Below are positions 25,640-37,309 of a stretch of DNA of 64,000 nucleotides, piece by piece. The DNA lies in NCBI RefSeq assembly GCF_020745735.1, contig NC_083409.1, positions 19,488,341 through 19,552,340 on the forward strand. The letters are read 5' to 3'. Positions within the stretch are counted from its first letter, which is position 1. Each line of letters starts with the position of its first letter. The DNA comes from Hemiscyllium ocellatum (taxonomy: Eukaryota). Made by a program: the position numbers and the translations under genes. Under the pieces are notes generated by a model, which was not told the DNA's origin, made no database searches, and saw nothing but the letters and a program-made list of their open reading frames with translations.

Positions 25640-27480
25640 GGGCGGAGAGGGAAGCCCCTGTAAACAACATCCATTGACATTACTGTGTCCAAGACTTTTG
25701 TATCCTCTTCAAAAATGTTCAATGAGATTTTTTCAGCGTGACCAACTTGTCATGAATCCATGCTCTCCCTGGTTAACTGACCATTTTCAAGGTCTTCAGT
25801 TACCCCCAATCCTTGATTATAGACTACAACAATTTCCACACCACAAATATTGGCTTAATGACCTGTAATTTCCTGGTTTTTCTCTCACATCCTTGTTAAA
25901 TGTGAGGTGATATTTGCAATTTTCCAATCCAGAGGTATGACTGCTGTATCCAGGGAACTCTGAAAGATTATAGCTGAAAATGTGTTGCTGGTTAAGCACA
26001 GCAGGTCAGGCAGCATCCAAGGAGCAGGAGAATCGATGTTTCGGGCTTGAGCCCTTCTTCAGGAATCATTCTGAAAGATTATAGTCAGGGTGTCTACGCT
26101 GTGATCTGTTACTACCTTTATCACCCTCAGATGGAAACCTAGGTTCTGAGAATTTGTCACTCTTTAGTTCGATTAATTTCCTCATTATGGATATTTTACT
26201 GACATGAAATTTTATTCAGTCCCTGTGCCTGATCCTCTGTTATTTCCTTTGGGAATTCAGGCAAATCCTTTTCCTTTTCTACTGCAAATCTTGAGGTAAA
26301 GTATTTATTTAACATGGCTGTCATCTCCCCATTGTCACTGACAAGATCCCTCACTTTCAGTTTTAAAATGGCCAACATTGCTCCTGACCTCCCAGCTTCC
26401 CTTTTATGGAACTGTAGCATTTCTCCTTATTGATTTTGATTTCCCTTATATGTTCCCTTTCAGCATCCCTTTTGGTGGCTCTTAGCTACATTGTGGCCCT
26501 TTGTATCTTTCCCATTCAGCAGAACCTGTTATTTTATTTGCTTTATTGTAAACCCTTGTCTTTTCCTTATCTCTTTAATTGTCCTTTGTTGTTTGTTCTA
26601 AGAAGTGGACCTTTTCCCTCTCAGGTATAAACTGGCTTTGTTTTGAGTTGAATGTTCCTTTAAATATTCCCCACTGTTCTTCAGTTGTTTTATCCATGAG
26701 CAGATTTTCCCAGATTACTGTGGACAGTCTCTGTCGCATCTCATTAAAGTCGGCCCTTACCTTAATCTCAAACTCTAGCAGCTGATTCATGCTTTTTACT
26801 TTCAAATGCGACACTGAACTCGATCATGTTATGATCACTATTTGATAAATATTCATGCACAAATAGTTACGAACTAAATCTGGCTCATTATTCATTACTA
26901 ATTCCAATATTGCTTGTCCCCTTGTTGTATCCAGGACCTATTGCTGTTGGAAACTATTCAGCAGCAATTCACTATCTTTCTGACAGAGGGCTTGTCTGTC
27001 TCCCAATCTAAGTTAAAGTTAAACTTCCCCATTAATAATACACTGGCTTTGCTACACACTTGTCTAATTTTTGTATATATTACAATCCAGCACCTCAGAG
27101 CTGCTGTTGGCGGAGTGTGTGTGTGTCTGGGGGGGTGGTGGGATGCACACAATATTTATGACAGTTTTAGATCCCTTTCTGGTCCTCAGTTGCACTGAAT
27201 GCTTTCCCCTCATTATAACCTCCCTCACCATTGAAGTCTTTGTGTTTCTAATCAATATAGCTGCTCCACCTCTTCTGTCATTTCCCCATGTCCATCCTGT
27301 GAACCTTCTAACCGGATAAATTTAGTTCCCAATCCTAACGATTCTGTAAATATGTCTCAGTAATTGATCCTATAGCAAAATCTTTAATTTGAATTTGTGC
27401 GTGCAGATTATTGAATATATTCCTTACACTCAGTGCATTCGTATATTTCAAACTCTTATTTGGTCCATTCACTGGAATCT
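25640..27480 (-). mobile_element. Decayed CR1 ORF2 (EN-RT), interrupted by a Penelope terminus at ~25975-26065
   Basis: KDVREKPGNYRSLS, LLMGKFNF and DFNEMRQRL motifs. Confidence 0.7.
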
Positions 27481-27914
27481 GTTCCTCAGCACTGATGCTG
27501 TATTCACCTCTTTCTTACTTCTCTCTTCTGATAGCTTTCCTGATATTGCCCAAATATGACCTTTTGCCAATTTTCACTTAGGTTGTTGGTCCCAACACAC
27601 ACAACAACTAGATCCTCCCCCATTTCCCCCACCCCCGCACTCCATTATACTTTCAAGCCGGTTCGAGATGCCCCTTATCTTGGCACCAGGCAGGCAACAC
27701 ACCATGCAGGACACTCAATCCTGTTCACAAAGGATGCTATCAGTGCCCCTCATTATCAAATCCCCCTCTTTCCTTTGTGGTCCCCCAGCCTGAATGGCCT
27801 CCTGGCCCACGGTGCAGTGGTTTTCTTTCATTCATTCATAGGATATGGGCATCTCTGGCCAAGCCAGCATTTCCTGCCCATAGGGCAGTTAACAGACAAC
27901 CACATGAAATCATA

Positions 27915-28910
27915 GAATCATAGGTTCCATACAGTGTGAAACAGGCCATTCAACCCCATGAGTCCACACCAACATTCTGAGGAGCATCCCATTCAGATGT
28001 ATCCCTTTATCCCTGCATCTCCCATGGTTAATGCACCTAATCTACACATCCCTGAACACTATGGGTAATTTAGCATGACCAATCCATCTAGCTTGCACAT
28101 CTTTAAATTGTGGGAGGAAACCAAAGCACCTGTAGAAATCAGGTGAACGTGCAAACTCCACACAGACGGTCGCCCTAGAATGAATTAAACTCGGGATCCT
28201 GGCACTGAGAGGCAGCAGTGCTAACTACTAAGTCACAATACCACCCATTGCTGTGTGTCTGGAGTCACATTTAAGGCTGGGTAAGGATGACAGATTTTCT
28301 CCTCTAAAGGTTATTAGTGAACTGAATGAGTATTCTCCACAATCAACAATGGATTAATATCACCAATAGCTTCTTAATTCCAGAACCATTCTTGAATTCA
28401 AATTCCACTGTCTGCCATGGCAGGATTTGAACCCAGGTTCCCAGAACATTAGCTGAGTTTCTGGATTAATAGTCCAGCGATAATACCAATGGCCATTGTC
28501 TCCCCCTGTGTTAGCCTAGCTAATGGTGTCAAAATTGGCCTTCCCCCTGTTTTGACACTTAATTTCTGCTCTATCATTATCTCTTTACTTAACATAAGTA
28601 AAGGGTGACACAGTGGCTCAGTGGTTAGCACTGCTGCTTCACAGCGCCAGGGTCCCAGGTTTTATTCTGGCCTTGGCCAACTGTCTGTGTGGAGTTTGCA
28701 TGTTCTCCCCGTGTCTGCATAGGTTTTCTCTGGGTACTCCGGTCTCCTCCCACATTCCAAAGATGTGCAGGTCAGGTGAATAGCCCGTGTTAAATTGTCC
28801 ATGGTTGTTAGGTGCATTAGTCAGACGAGGGTGGGTTACTCTTTGGAGGGTTGGTGTGGACTTGTTGGGCTGAAGGGCCTGTTTCCACACTGTAGGGAAT
28901 CTAATCTAAT
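27915..28910. mobile_element. Two HE1-like SINEs (~27915-28250 minus; 28603-28910 plus)
   Basis: Head/body/tail similarity to the other copies. Confidence 0.82.
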
Positions 28911-31439
28911 CTTAATGACTTTGAACCTGATAGAGTTATGGTCACTATCGCCAAAATGCTCCAAACCACGCTTGACCATTCTGCAGTGTATCCACATTAG
29001 TTTCCAAAAGCAATCCTTTTCCTCATTGACACAGGGAGCAAGTACCTCATTCCTGTTGGACAAGGAGCTGAGGCACCTGAAAGGCTAAATCCAGGCTGCA
29101 TCGACCTGTTCACTTTTGGTCACACCCTCCTGTCCCTGACCACTGGCCATAATTTGAAGTATTTAACCTACAAGATGTAACTGTCTCCCCAAACACAGTG
29201 TCCAGGTAACTCTCCCCCTCCCTGATGTGTCACAGTGTTTGAAGCTCAGATTCCAGCTCATCAACTCTGAGCTGGAGTGCCTTGAGCAACCAACACTTGC
29301 TGTAGATGTGGTCACTCTGAGCTACAATGGGCTCCACCAGCTTCCCCATCGCAATTACACGTCACCTGGCCCTGTATATAGAAATTGTTTGAGGCGGTTT
29401 TAATTTGTATTTTTAAATTTCCTGTTGGTCTTTATTTTTTAATCTGTAAAATATTTCTGTCAAGGAGACAGAGAAGGCTCCAGCACAGGAGGAGGCTGTT
29501 CAGCCCCTCGTGTCAGTGCTGGCTGTATATTAACCTCATTCACAATGAACATCTCCATTGAATGTCTGTTGTCAGGAATTGATTGAATCTGTTTTTAGAG
29601 ACAGGATGACTAACAAATGATTAACTAACATGAACTGTTCCGAGAGAGTCAGCATGGATTTACAAAGGTTCAAACATCTTTAACTAACCTGATTACACTT
29701 TGTTAGGAGCTCACTAATGTGGGATAGAAGGGAATGTTGATGGCTATTGTCCATAGGGAATTCCACAAGACATTTAAAAAGAGACATGGAATCAGATGGA
29801 ATTTGAGAAATGCATTTATCTTGGGTCCAGAGCTAGGAGACAGAGAGGAGGGATAATGTGCACGTCCTCCAATGAGCAAGATGTGAATAGTGGTGTCCCC
29901 AGGGATCTGTGCTGGGACCTCAGCTTCACACAATATTTCTCAATGACTTGGATGAAGAAATAGAGAACCATATTTCCAAGATTGTTGATCACTCTGAGTG
30001 AGGTGGTTTGGAGGGTGAGATGGGGAGGGTGGAAGGAGGCGAGAGGTTTGAGAACAAGGATGAGAACTTGCAAATCAAGATGTTGCTGGACTAGGAGCCA
30101 ATGTTGGTCAGTGAGCACAAGGGGAGGGAATGGGGGAATGGGACTTGGTGGGAGTTCGGATACTGGCAGCAGAGTTTGGGATGAGTTGATGTTTACCGAA
30201 GGTGGTGGCTGTGATGTGGGCCAGGATAACATTGGAATGGTCATGTTTGGAGTCCCCATCACATAGCTGAGATTTGCAGTGTCTGATCTTTGTGATGTGG
30301 AGGATGTGGAGATCAGATCAGCCTCAAAGATGAATCTAAGGTAGTAAAGAGTCTGGGAGCTGAAGGGGATGGCTTTGATCTTTTCAATGTGTTTCCCAGT
30401 GAGCCTGGCTTCTCAGTCCTGACTGCTCTTAGCTGCTGTGATTGTCACTGATTGGACACTTATTATTAGAGATTCTGACCACAGCAGAAAGCCCCAGTGC
30501 AAAAAATAACTGCAAAGACTGTCAGATCGCAAGGTTGAAACTTCACCAAGAGAGGAAGTGAAAGAAGGAGCTCAGAGCAGCTGGACCTTTGTTACTGAGA
30601 CGGGAGAAAACTGTGAACCATCTGCACTCCCTGGAATCTGACAGCACAAGAGGAGGCCATTCAGCCCATTGTGTCTGTGAGTGACCCAAGCAGTCCTACT
30701 ACTCCTCTCTCTCCCCATAATCTAGCAAATCTTTCCTTTTCAGCTCGATCTTAATTGTCTCTTGTAGACCTGGGTAGACAGCGCAAGACTGCCCTTAATC
30801 TGGGTTCCAAATTGGTATCTCATTCATTCATTGGGAGACAAACTGCCTGGGCTGGGAAATGGAGCTCAGGATCCTGAACATTCCCTCTCCCCTCCTGAGG
30901 AACACTTCATTCGGTTTTGCATATTCACTCGTGGGAAGTGGGCTTCACCAGCTGTCCCAGCATTTTCTACCCTGTCCCTAGTTACCCTGGAGAAGGCAGT
31001 GGGAAGCTGCCTTCTTGAATCACTGTAGTCCACAAGCTGTAAGTTGACTCACAATGCTCTTCAGGAGGGAATGCTAGTATTTTAACCCAGCAAGGCTGAG
31101 GGATCAGCAACATATTTCCAAGTCAGGATGCTAAGCTTTTCCGAGGGGAAATTGCAGCTCATAGTGTTCCCATGTGTCTGCCGCTCCTGGTCTCCGAAAT
31201 AGAAGTGGATGTGGGTTTGGAAGGAAACCAAAAGAAATGCGGATGCTGTGAATCCGAGATAAAGATCAAAATTGCTGGAAAAGCTCGGCAGGTCTGGCAT
31301 CATCTGTGAAGAGAGATGCACAGGTCAAGCACGAAACATTAACTCTGATTTCTCTCCCCAGATGCTGGCAGTCCTACTGAGCTTTTCCTGCGATTTCTAT
31401 GTTTGTCCATGGGTTTGGAAGGTGCTATCTGAGGACCTT

Positions 31440-33060
31440 TGGTGAGTTTCTGCAGTGCATTTTATCGATAATACACACTTCTGCTACTGAGCATCGGGAA
31501 TGGTGAGAGTGGATGCTTTGAGAATATGATGCCAATCAAGCAGGTTGCTTGGCTCTGGATGGTATCAAGCTTTTCGATTGGATGAGAAAGACATAGACAG
31601 GAATAGATTAGAGGGATACGGGCCAAATGCAGGCAAATGAGACTCGTTCACTTCAGAAACCCTGGTCAGCATGGAATAGTTTGGCTTAAGGGTTTGTTTC
31701 TCTGCCATATGACTCTGTGACACTATCAGTCTATGAATGTTGTTGGAGCTGCACCTGTCCAGGCAAGTGGGGAGTATTTGCTCACACTCCTGACTTGGTT
31801 GACAGGCTTTGGGGGAATCAGGAGGTGAGTTACTCGATACAGTATTTCTAGCCTCTAACCTGCTCTTGTAACCACTATGCTTCTGTGGTGAGTCCAGTTG
31901 TATTTCTGGTCAATGGCATCTCAAGAATGTTGATAGTGGGGATTCAGTGATGGTAATAGCATTGACTGTCAAGGGACGATGGTTAGATTGTCTCTTATTG
32001 CTGATGGTCATTGGCTGGCATTTGCATGACACCGATAGGAAAGACTGCTCCTGAGATGAAACCTGGATATTGTCCAGATATTGTTGTATTTGAACATGGA
32101 CTGCTTCAGTATCTGTGGAGTTGAGAATGGTGCTGAACATTGTGAAATCTTTGCCAATCATCCCCATTTATGAGCTTGACTTTAGTTGCAATATCTGTCC
32201 AAAGTCTGTCCTATTCAGTACGGTGATAGTACCACACAACACAATGGAGGGATTCTCAATGTGAAGGTCAAACTTTGTTTCTACAAGGACTGTGTGATGG
32301 TCACTCTTACCAATACTGTCAAGGATAGATGTACCTACAGCCACAAGATTGGTGAGGGTGGGGTCAAGCATCTTTTTCCAAATTTTTGGTTCCTTCACCA
32401 CCAGCTGCAGAGCCAGTCCTCAGCTACGTCCATGAGGAACCAACCAGCTCGATCAGTAATGCTGCTGCCGAGCCACTCTCGGTGGTGGATATTGAAACCC
32501 CCCCACCCAGAGTACACTCTCTGCTGTCATCACCCTCAGTGCTTCCTCCAAATGTTGTTCAACATCCAGGAGAGACTGATTCATCAGCCGAGGGAGCAAG
32601 ATATCTTGTAATCACCAGGAGGTTTCCTCGCCCATGTTTAACTTAGTTTCATGAGTCTTCACGGGGTCCAGAGCCAACTTTGAGACTTCCCAGGGTAACT
32701 CCCTCCTGGCTGTAGACCACTGTGTCATCAGCTCTACTGGGTCTGCCTTTCTGGTGGGACAGGACACATGCAGGGACAGTGATGGTAGTGTCTGGGGCAT
32801 TGTCTGTATGATTCTGTGAGTATGACTGTGTCAGGCTGTTGCTTGACTAGTCTGTAAGACAGCTCTCCTGAATTTGGCCCTAGCTCCCAGATGTCAGTAA
32901 GGAGGATGGAGCAGGGTAGACAGGACTGTTTCTGTCATTGTCTTTTCTGTGTCTAGATCGATGCCTGTGGTCCGTCCGGTCTCATTTCTTTGTTGAAATA
33001 TTGTCATAATTGATACAACTGAGAGCTTTGCTCGGCCATTTCAGAGGGCAGTTAAGGGTC
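31440..33060 (-). mobile_element. Decayed L2/CR1-group LINE fragments
   Basis: VAVGTSILDSIGKSDHHTVLVET (endonuclease SDH motif) and QIQQYLDNIQ RT-tail-like text. Confidence 0.6.
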
Positions 33061-33904
33061 AACCACATTGCTGGGGTACAGTTCCATGGACCCTGCAGTA
33101 CATTCTGTCCTCTCCCACTTCCCCATTGTTAATGTGGAAGGCTGGAGGTTGCCAGTAGGATATCCAACTGCAGGAGCTATCACAGCCCCCTGCACAATTT
33201 TGTCCCCACATTAAATCCACACAAATCTTGAAATCACATAGCACCTTCAATGTTCAAAACGGTCCGAGATGGTTCACAAAGTTGCAGTAAGAGGAATGGG
33301 GGAGGGGGTGAGGAACATAAGAACTAGGAGCAGGAGCAGGCAATTCAGCCCCTCGAGCCCACTCCACCATTTAATACAATCATGGCTGATCCCATCTCAG
33401 ACTCAACTCCACATTCCTGCCCACTCTCCATCATCCTTTAACCCATTACCCATTAAATATCTGTCCATCTCCTCCTTGGTGTGAGACAGGGAAGGGACCA
33501 CTCCATTTCAGAAAAGACTGACTGTGGAAGGGGAAGGAGAGGGGAAGGGATTGGAACATGTTGTGAATGGACAGGATGGGTCAGTAGGTCAGAGCCTGTC
33601 CTGTCCCTCCAGCTCACACTGATGGCCTGAGGATCTCCTCTCTCTGCTGGGCCTTCATGGAATGAGGTTTGTGTCCAAACCAGTCCCCAGTGAGAACAGG
33701 CCAACAGAACAGAACAGAACAGCACAGAACTGCCCTTCATTTCACAAGAATCGTCCATCTTCCCGAGACAGACCAAACCCTGGTCATTGTGGGAAATGGG
33801 GCTTTATTCCAGGAGAAGACAGGGGTCAAGGGGTAACATCCATTTGTGGGGCAGAGCAGAGGGAGATTTATCCTGCATTTAACTGTCACCACCCAGGACA
33901 CTGT

Positions 33905-34560
33905 CAGAAAGAGAGAGAAGCGAGACAGAGAGAGAGATAGAATGAGAGTGTCTGGGTTTGTGTTTGAGTGAGAGAGAGAGGGAGGGAGGAACATCTGAGA
34001 CAGTGTGAGATATGTGATGAAACCAAAAGAGAGGTAAAGGGAGGTCGTAATGGTGAAGTTGAGGGATAAAGAGAGAGAAACAAGATGTGAGACAGTGTGA
34101 CTGATAGGGATGGAGAGAGACAAAGAGATAAGGTGAGAGAAAGGGACAGGATGGGTGTGAGACTAAGCATGAAGAGAATTGACAGAGAGGGTAGGGTGGA
34201 GTGTGTGTGTGAGAGAGAGAGAGAGAGATGAGTATGGGTAGGTACAGAATGATAGAGAGGGAGGGAGAGCGACTGTAGATTGGGATGTAGAGAGGGAGGG
34301 AGAGAGACAGAGGGAGGAATATAGAGGGAAAGATAACAGTTGGAGGCTTTTAATTGAAGTGAGAGAGGGAGCGAGTGACAGAGACAGAGAGATGGAGAAA
34401 CAGAGATTATGAAATGGAGTGAGCAATCATCAGTGAGTTGGAGGGAGTGACTATGAGACAAGAGTGTGAGAAAGAGAGAGAGAAAACATGAGCGATTAAC
34501 AGTGGGGGAGAGAGTGGTGGAGAGAAAGATGTGGCAGATGTGAGACAGAGAGAGAGGGAC
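33905..34560. repeat. GA-rich purine-skewed low-complexity tract upstream of the V promoter; (GA)12 also at 35491-35514
   Basis: Strong G/A strand skew with (GA)n and (GT)n runs. Confidence 0.85.
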
Positions 34561-35558
34561 ATGTCCTGGTCACCACATTCTCGGAAGGATGTGATTGTAC
34601 CTGAGAGGGTACAGGGGAGATTTCCCAGGATGCTGACTGAATCTGAGCTTTGAGAAAAGATTGGAAAGGTTGGGGTTGTTTTCCTTGGAGCAGTGACGGC
34701 TGAGATGGGACCTGATAGAGAGGGATAAGAATATTCGGAGCAGTGATAGGGTGGGTAGGAAGACACTTTTTGCATGAGACAAGGACTCAGTAACCTGGGA
34801 CAGAGATTGTAGGTAACACAGACATGGACACATAGAAACTGCTGCAGGAGTTGGCCATTCAGCCCTTTGAGCCTGTTCTGTCATTCAGTATGATCATGGC
34901 TGATCCTCTATCTCAAAGCCATATTCGTGCTTTCTCCCTATTCCCTTCATGCTGTTAAAATGCAAACAATTATCTCTCTCTTTTTCTTGAATATATTCAG
35001 TTCCTTATCCTCCACAGCCTTCAGTGAAGAGAATTCCACAGGTTGACCACCCTCTGAGTGAAGAAATGTTTCCTCATCTCAGTCCAAAAATGGACTACCC
35101 TGTATCCCCCTGAGACTGTGTCCCCTGGTTCCAGACTTCCCAACCAGGGGAAACCTCGTCCCTGCCCAGCCCTGTTAGAATTTTATACATCCATCTGAAT
35201 TCGAGTGAGTCCAAGCCCAGTCGAGTTCGAGAGAGAGAGGAGAATTGAGGAGAAATGTTTTCAACCAGAGGGTGGTGGGAGTCTGGAACTCACTGCCTGA
35301 AAGGCTGGTTGAGTCACAAACTCTCGTGACAGTGGAGCAGTGATTAGATATTCCCTTGTGTTGCTGCAGACTCCAGGATAATGGACCAAGAGCTGGAGGA
35401 TGAGATTAGTGTCATCAGATCTTTCTTTAACAGCACAGATACAATGGGCCAAATGGCCTCATTCAGTGCTGTTCACATCAATGATTCTCTGAGAGAGAGA
35501 GAGAGAGAGAGAGAAGAGGAAGTGTGAGGGACTGACATGGCCCTCCCTGCCTGATGCC

Positions 35559-35566
35559 ATTTACAT
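35559..35566 (+). promoter_or_regulatory. Ig promoter octamer variant ATTTACAT (consensus ATTTGCAT)
   Basis: Light-chain orientation, ~40 bp upstream of TATAAA and ~107 bp upstream of the ATG; one mismatch. Confidence 0.6.
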
Positions 35567-35606
35567 ACTGAGGAACACCCAGTCAGACTCTCACAGGCTG
35601 CAGCTT

Positions 35607-35612
35607 TATAAA
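35607..35612 (+). promoter_or_regulatory. TATA box of the Vk promoter
   Basis: CTTTATAAAGCAG ~60 bp upstream of the leader ATG. Confidence 0.7.
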
Positions 35613-35672
35613 GCAGAGCCCAGTGAAGGGAGAGTTTATTAGGAACCAGGCACAGGGACAGGAGCACACACC

Positions 35673-35721
35673 ATGATTTCACACATCCAGCTGATCTGGC
35701 CCCTGGCATTCTGTGTCGCAG
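35673..35721 (+). CDS. IGKV: Ig kappa leader exon (MISHIQLIWPLAFCVA/G)
   Basis: ATG in CACCATG context, hydrophobic leader, phase-1 donor G|GTACAA; intron 35722-35907 ends CCCTCAG. Confidence 0.92.
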
Positions 35722-35907
35722 GTACAAATCTCTCTCCTTCCACCTTGAATCTTTAGCTGCTCTCCATTTCACTCCAATTCCACTGACTTGTGATTGAAGG
35801 GAAAATGCTGAAACCAGAGGAATGCTCAGTGTCTCCAACAATCTCTCATTTGACAGGCTCTTTCTGTGACAGTTCTGACTTCACTGTGTTTCTCTCTGAT
35901 CCCTCAG

Positions 35908-36235
35908 GTATCAGTGGGGACATCACCATGACCCAGTCTCCTCCGGTGCTGTCAGTGGGACGGGGCCAGACCGCAACACTCACCTGTACGGCCAGTCAAA
36001 GCATTAGCAGCTCCCTTGATTGGTACCAACAACGAGAAGGTCAGAAGCCCTCTCTCCTGATCTATGCTGCATCAAATCGATTCACAGGAGTCTCCGATCG
36101 ATTCACCGGCAGTGGATCAGGGACCAGTTTTACCCTGAAAATCAGCAACGTTCAGAATGAAGATGTCGCTGACTATTACTGTATGCAGCGTAACAGCTGG
36201 CCTTACGTTCGGTAAAGGAACCAAGCTCAGACTGA
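35908..36235 (+). pseudogene. IGKV: Germline-joined Vk-Jk exon, out of frame at the junction (premature TAA 36213-36215)
   Basis: [13 protein letters not shown]...TC...WYQQ...[10 protein letters not shown] fused directly to a J reading ACG TTC GGT AAA GGA ACC AAG CTC AGA CTG A|GTAAGT ([10 protein letters not shown]) shifted by one base; no RSS or spacer between V and J. Confidence 0.93.
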
Positions 36236-36449
36236 GTAAGTAAACCTCAATCCAATGTTAGTAACCCTGTCAATACTGAAACACACTTTCTAAAACACAA
36301 ATGCTGAATTGTTGACGGTGTTAGTAGGGAGCTGCAGTGAATGAAATGGTTGATTGAAGAGCACTGTGTCTAACAGCGTATCCACCTGTATTTCTTTAGT
36401 TCCATTGCCCCCTTTAAAAGCAAGATATAAGTCAGTAAGTTTTACTCAC

Positions 36450-36607
36450 CGTGTGGAGGAGCTCTGTCCATTTGCAGCCTGTGGTCCCATTCCTGCAGCA
36501 TGGAGTGAAATCAGTGAGTAGCCTCCTGCCAGTCTCAGTGTGACGGACACGGGTAGAGTTTGATGTGAGCTCTGGCTCCCTGTCCCAGTCTCTGATCTCA
36601 CTGACCT

Positions 36608-36642
<35 letters not shown>

Positions 36643-36664
36643 CAGTGAGACACCGAGCTCCCAC
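36450..36664 (-). other. Candidate antisense first exon encoding a signal-peptide-like N-terminus (GTG start)
   Basis: gagGTGGGAGCTCGG gives (M)GARCLTV(L)11RSVRS-ETGTG...SSSTR, open for 71 codons and ending at a consensus donor CG|GTGAGT (36449-36444). Confidence 0.4.
36608..36640. repeat. (CAG)11 trinucleotide repeat in the J-C intron; reads as poly-Leu on the minus strand
   Basis: 33 nt perfect repeat. Confidence 0.95.
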
Positions 36665-37309
36665 CTCCCCAGCTTTAACTCTGCTCAATCACACAATCAG
36701 AGAATTGTTACAGTGCACAAGGAGGCCATTCTGTCCATCCTGTCTGTACTGGCTCTCCGAATGAGCAATTCACTGAGTGTCATTCTCCTGCCTTCTCCCT
36801 GTCACCTGCACATTGTTCCTTTTTGAATAATAGTCTCATTCCTTTTGGAATGTTTCAATTGAAGCTGCCTCCACCACACTCTCAGGCAGTGCATTCCACA
36901 CCTTAACCAAACACTACCTGAAAATGTTGTTCCCTATCTCACTTTTGTTACTTTTCCCAATTATTTTCAATCCATGGCCTCTCCCTCTCAATTATTTCTC
37001 AGTTGGGAACATTTTCTCCCTATTTACTGTGTCCAGGCCCCTCCTGGTTTTAATTCCTCGAACAAATCTCCTCTCAGCCTTCTCCAAAGAAGACAGTCCC
37101 AAATTCTCCAATCTCTCTTCATAACTGATGTTCCTCATCCCTGAAATGATCTTTGGGAATTTCTTTTGCCATTTCTACAAAACGTCACCTCCTTCCTGAT
37201 TTATTCACATTTTCTATGACCCTCATGATTTTATAAACCTCTGTAAGGTTTATAAGTCACTCCTCAGACTCTTACGCATCAGAGTAAAAAGTCTCAGCTT
37301 TTCCAGCGT

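Noticed and set aside
33737-34884. Leu/Ser-rich minus ORFs resembling membrane proteins
   Set aside because: Translations of the GA/CT low-complexity tract.
36177-36183. Cryptic heptamer at the V 3' end enabling V replacement
   Set aside because: The sequence is TACTGTA, whose reverse complement lacks the essential CAC.
36450-36664. Antisense exon as QSOX1 exon 1 (CEP350 neighbour in mammals)
   Set aside because: It lacks the thioredoxin WCGHC motif found in QSOX1 exon 1.
36641-36679. CACAGTG heptamer downstream of J as an RSS
   Set aside because: No nonamer at 12-bp (CCCACCTCC) or 23-bp (AGCTTTAAC) spacing.
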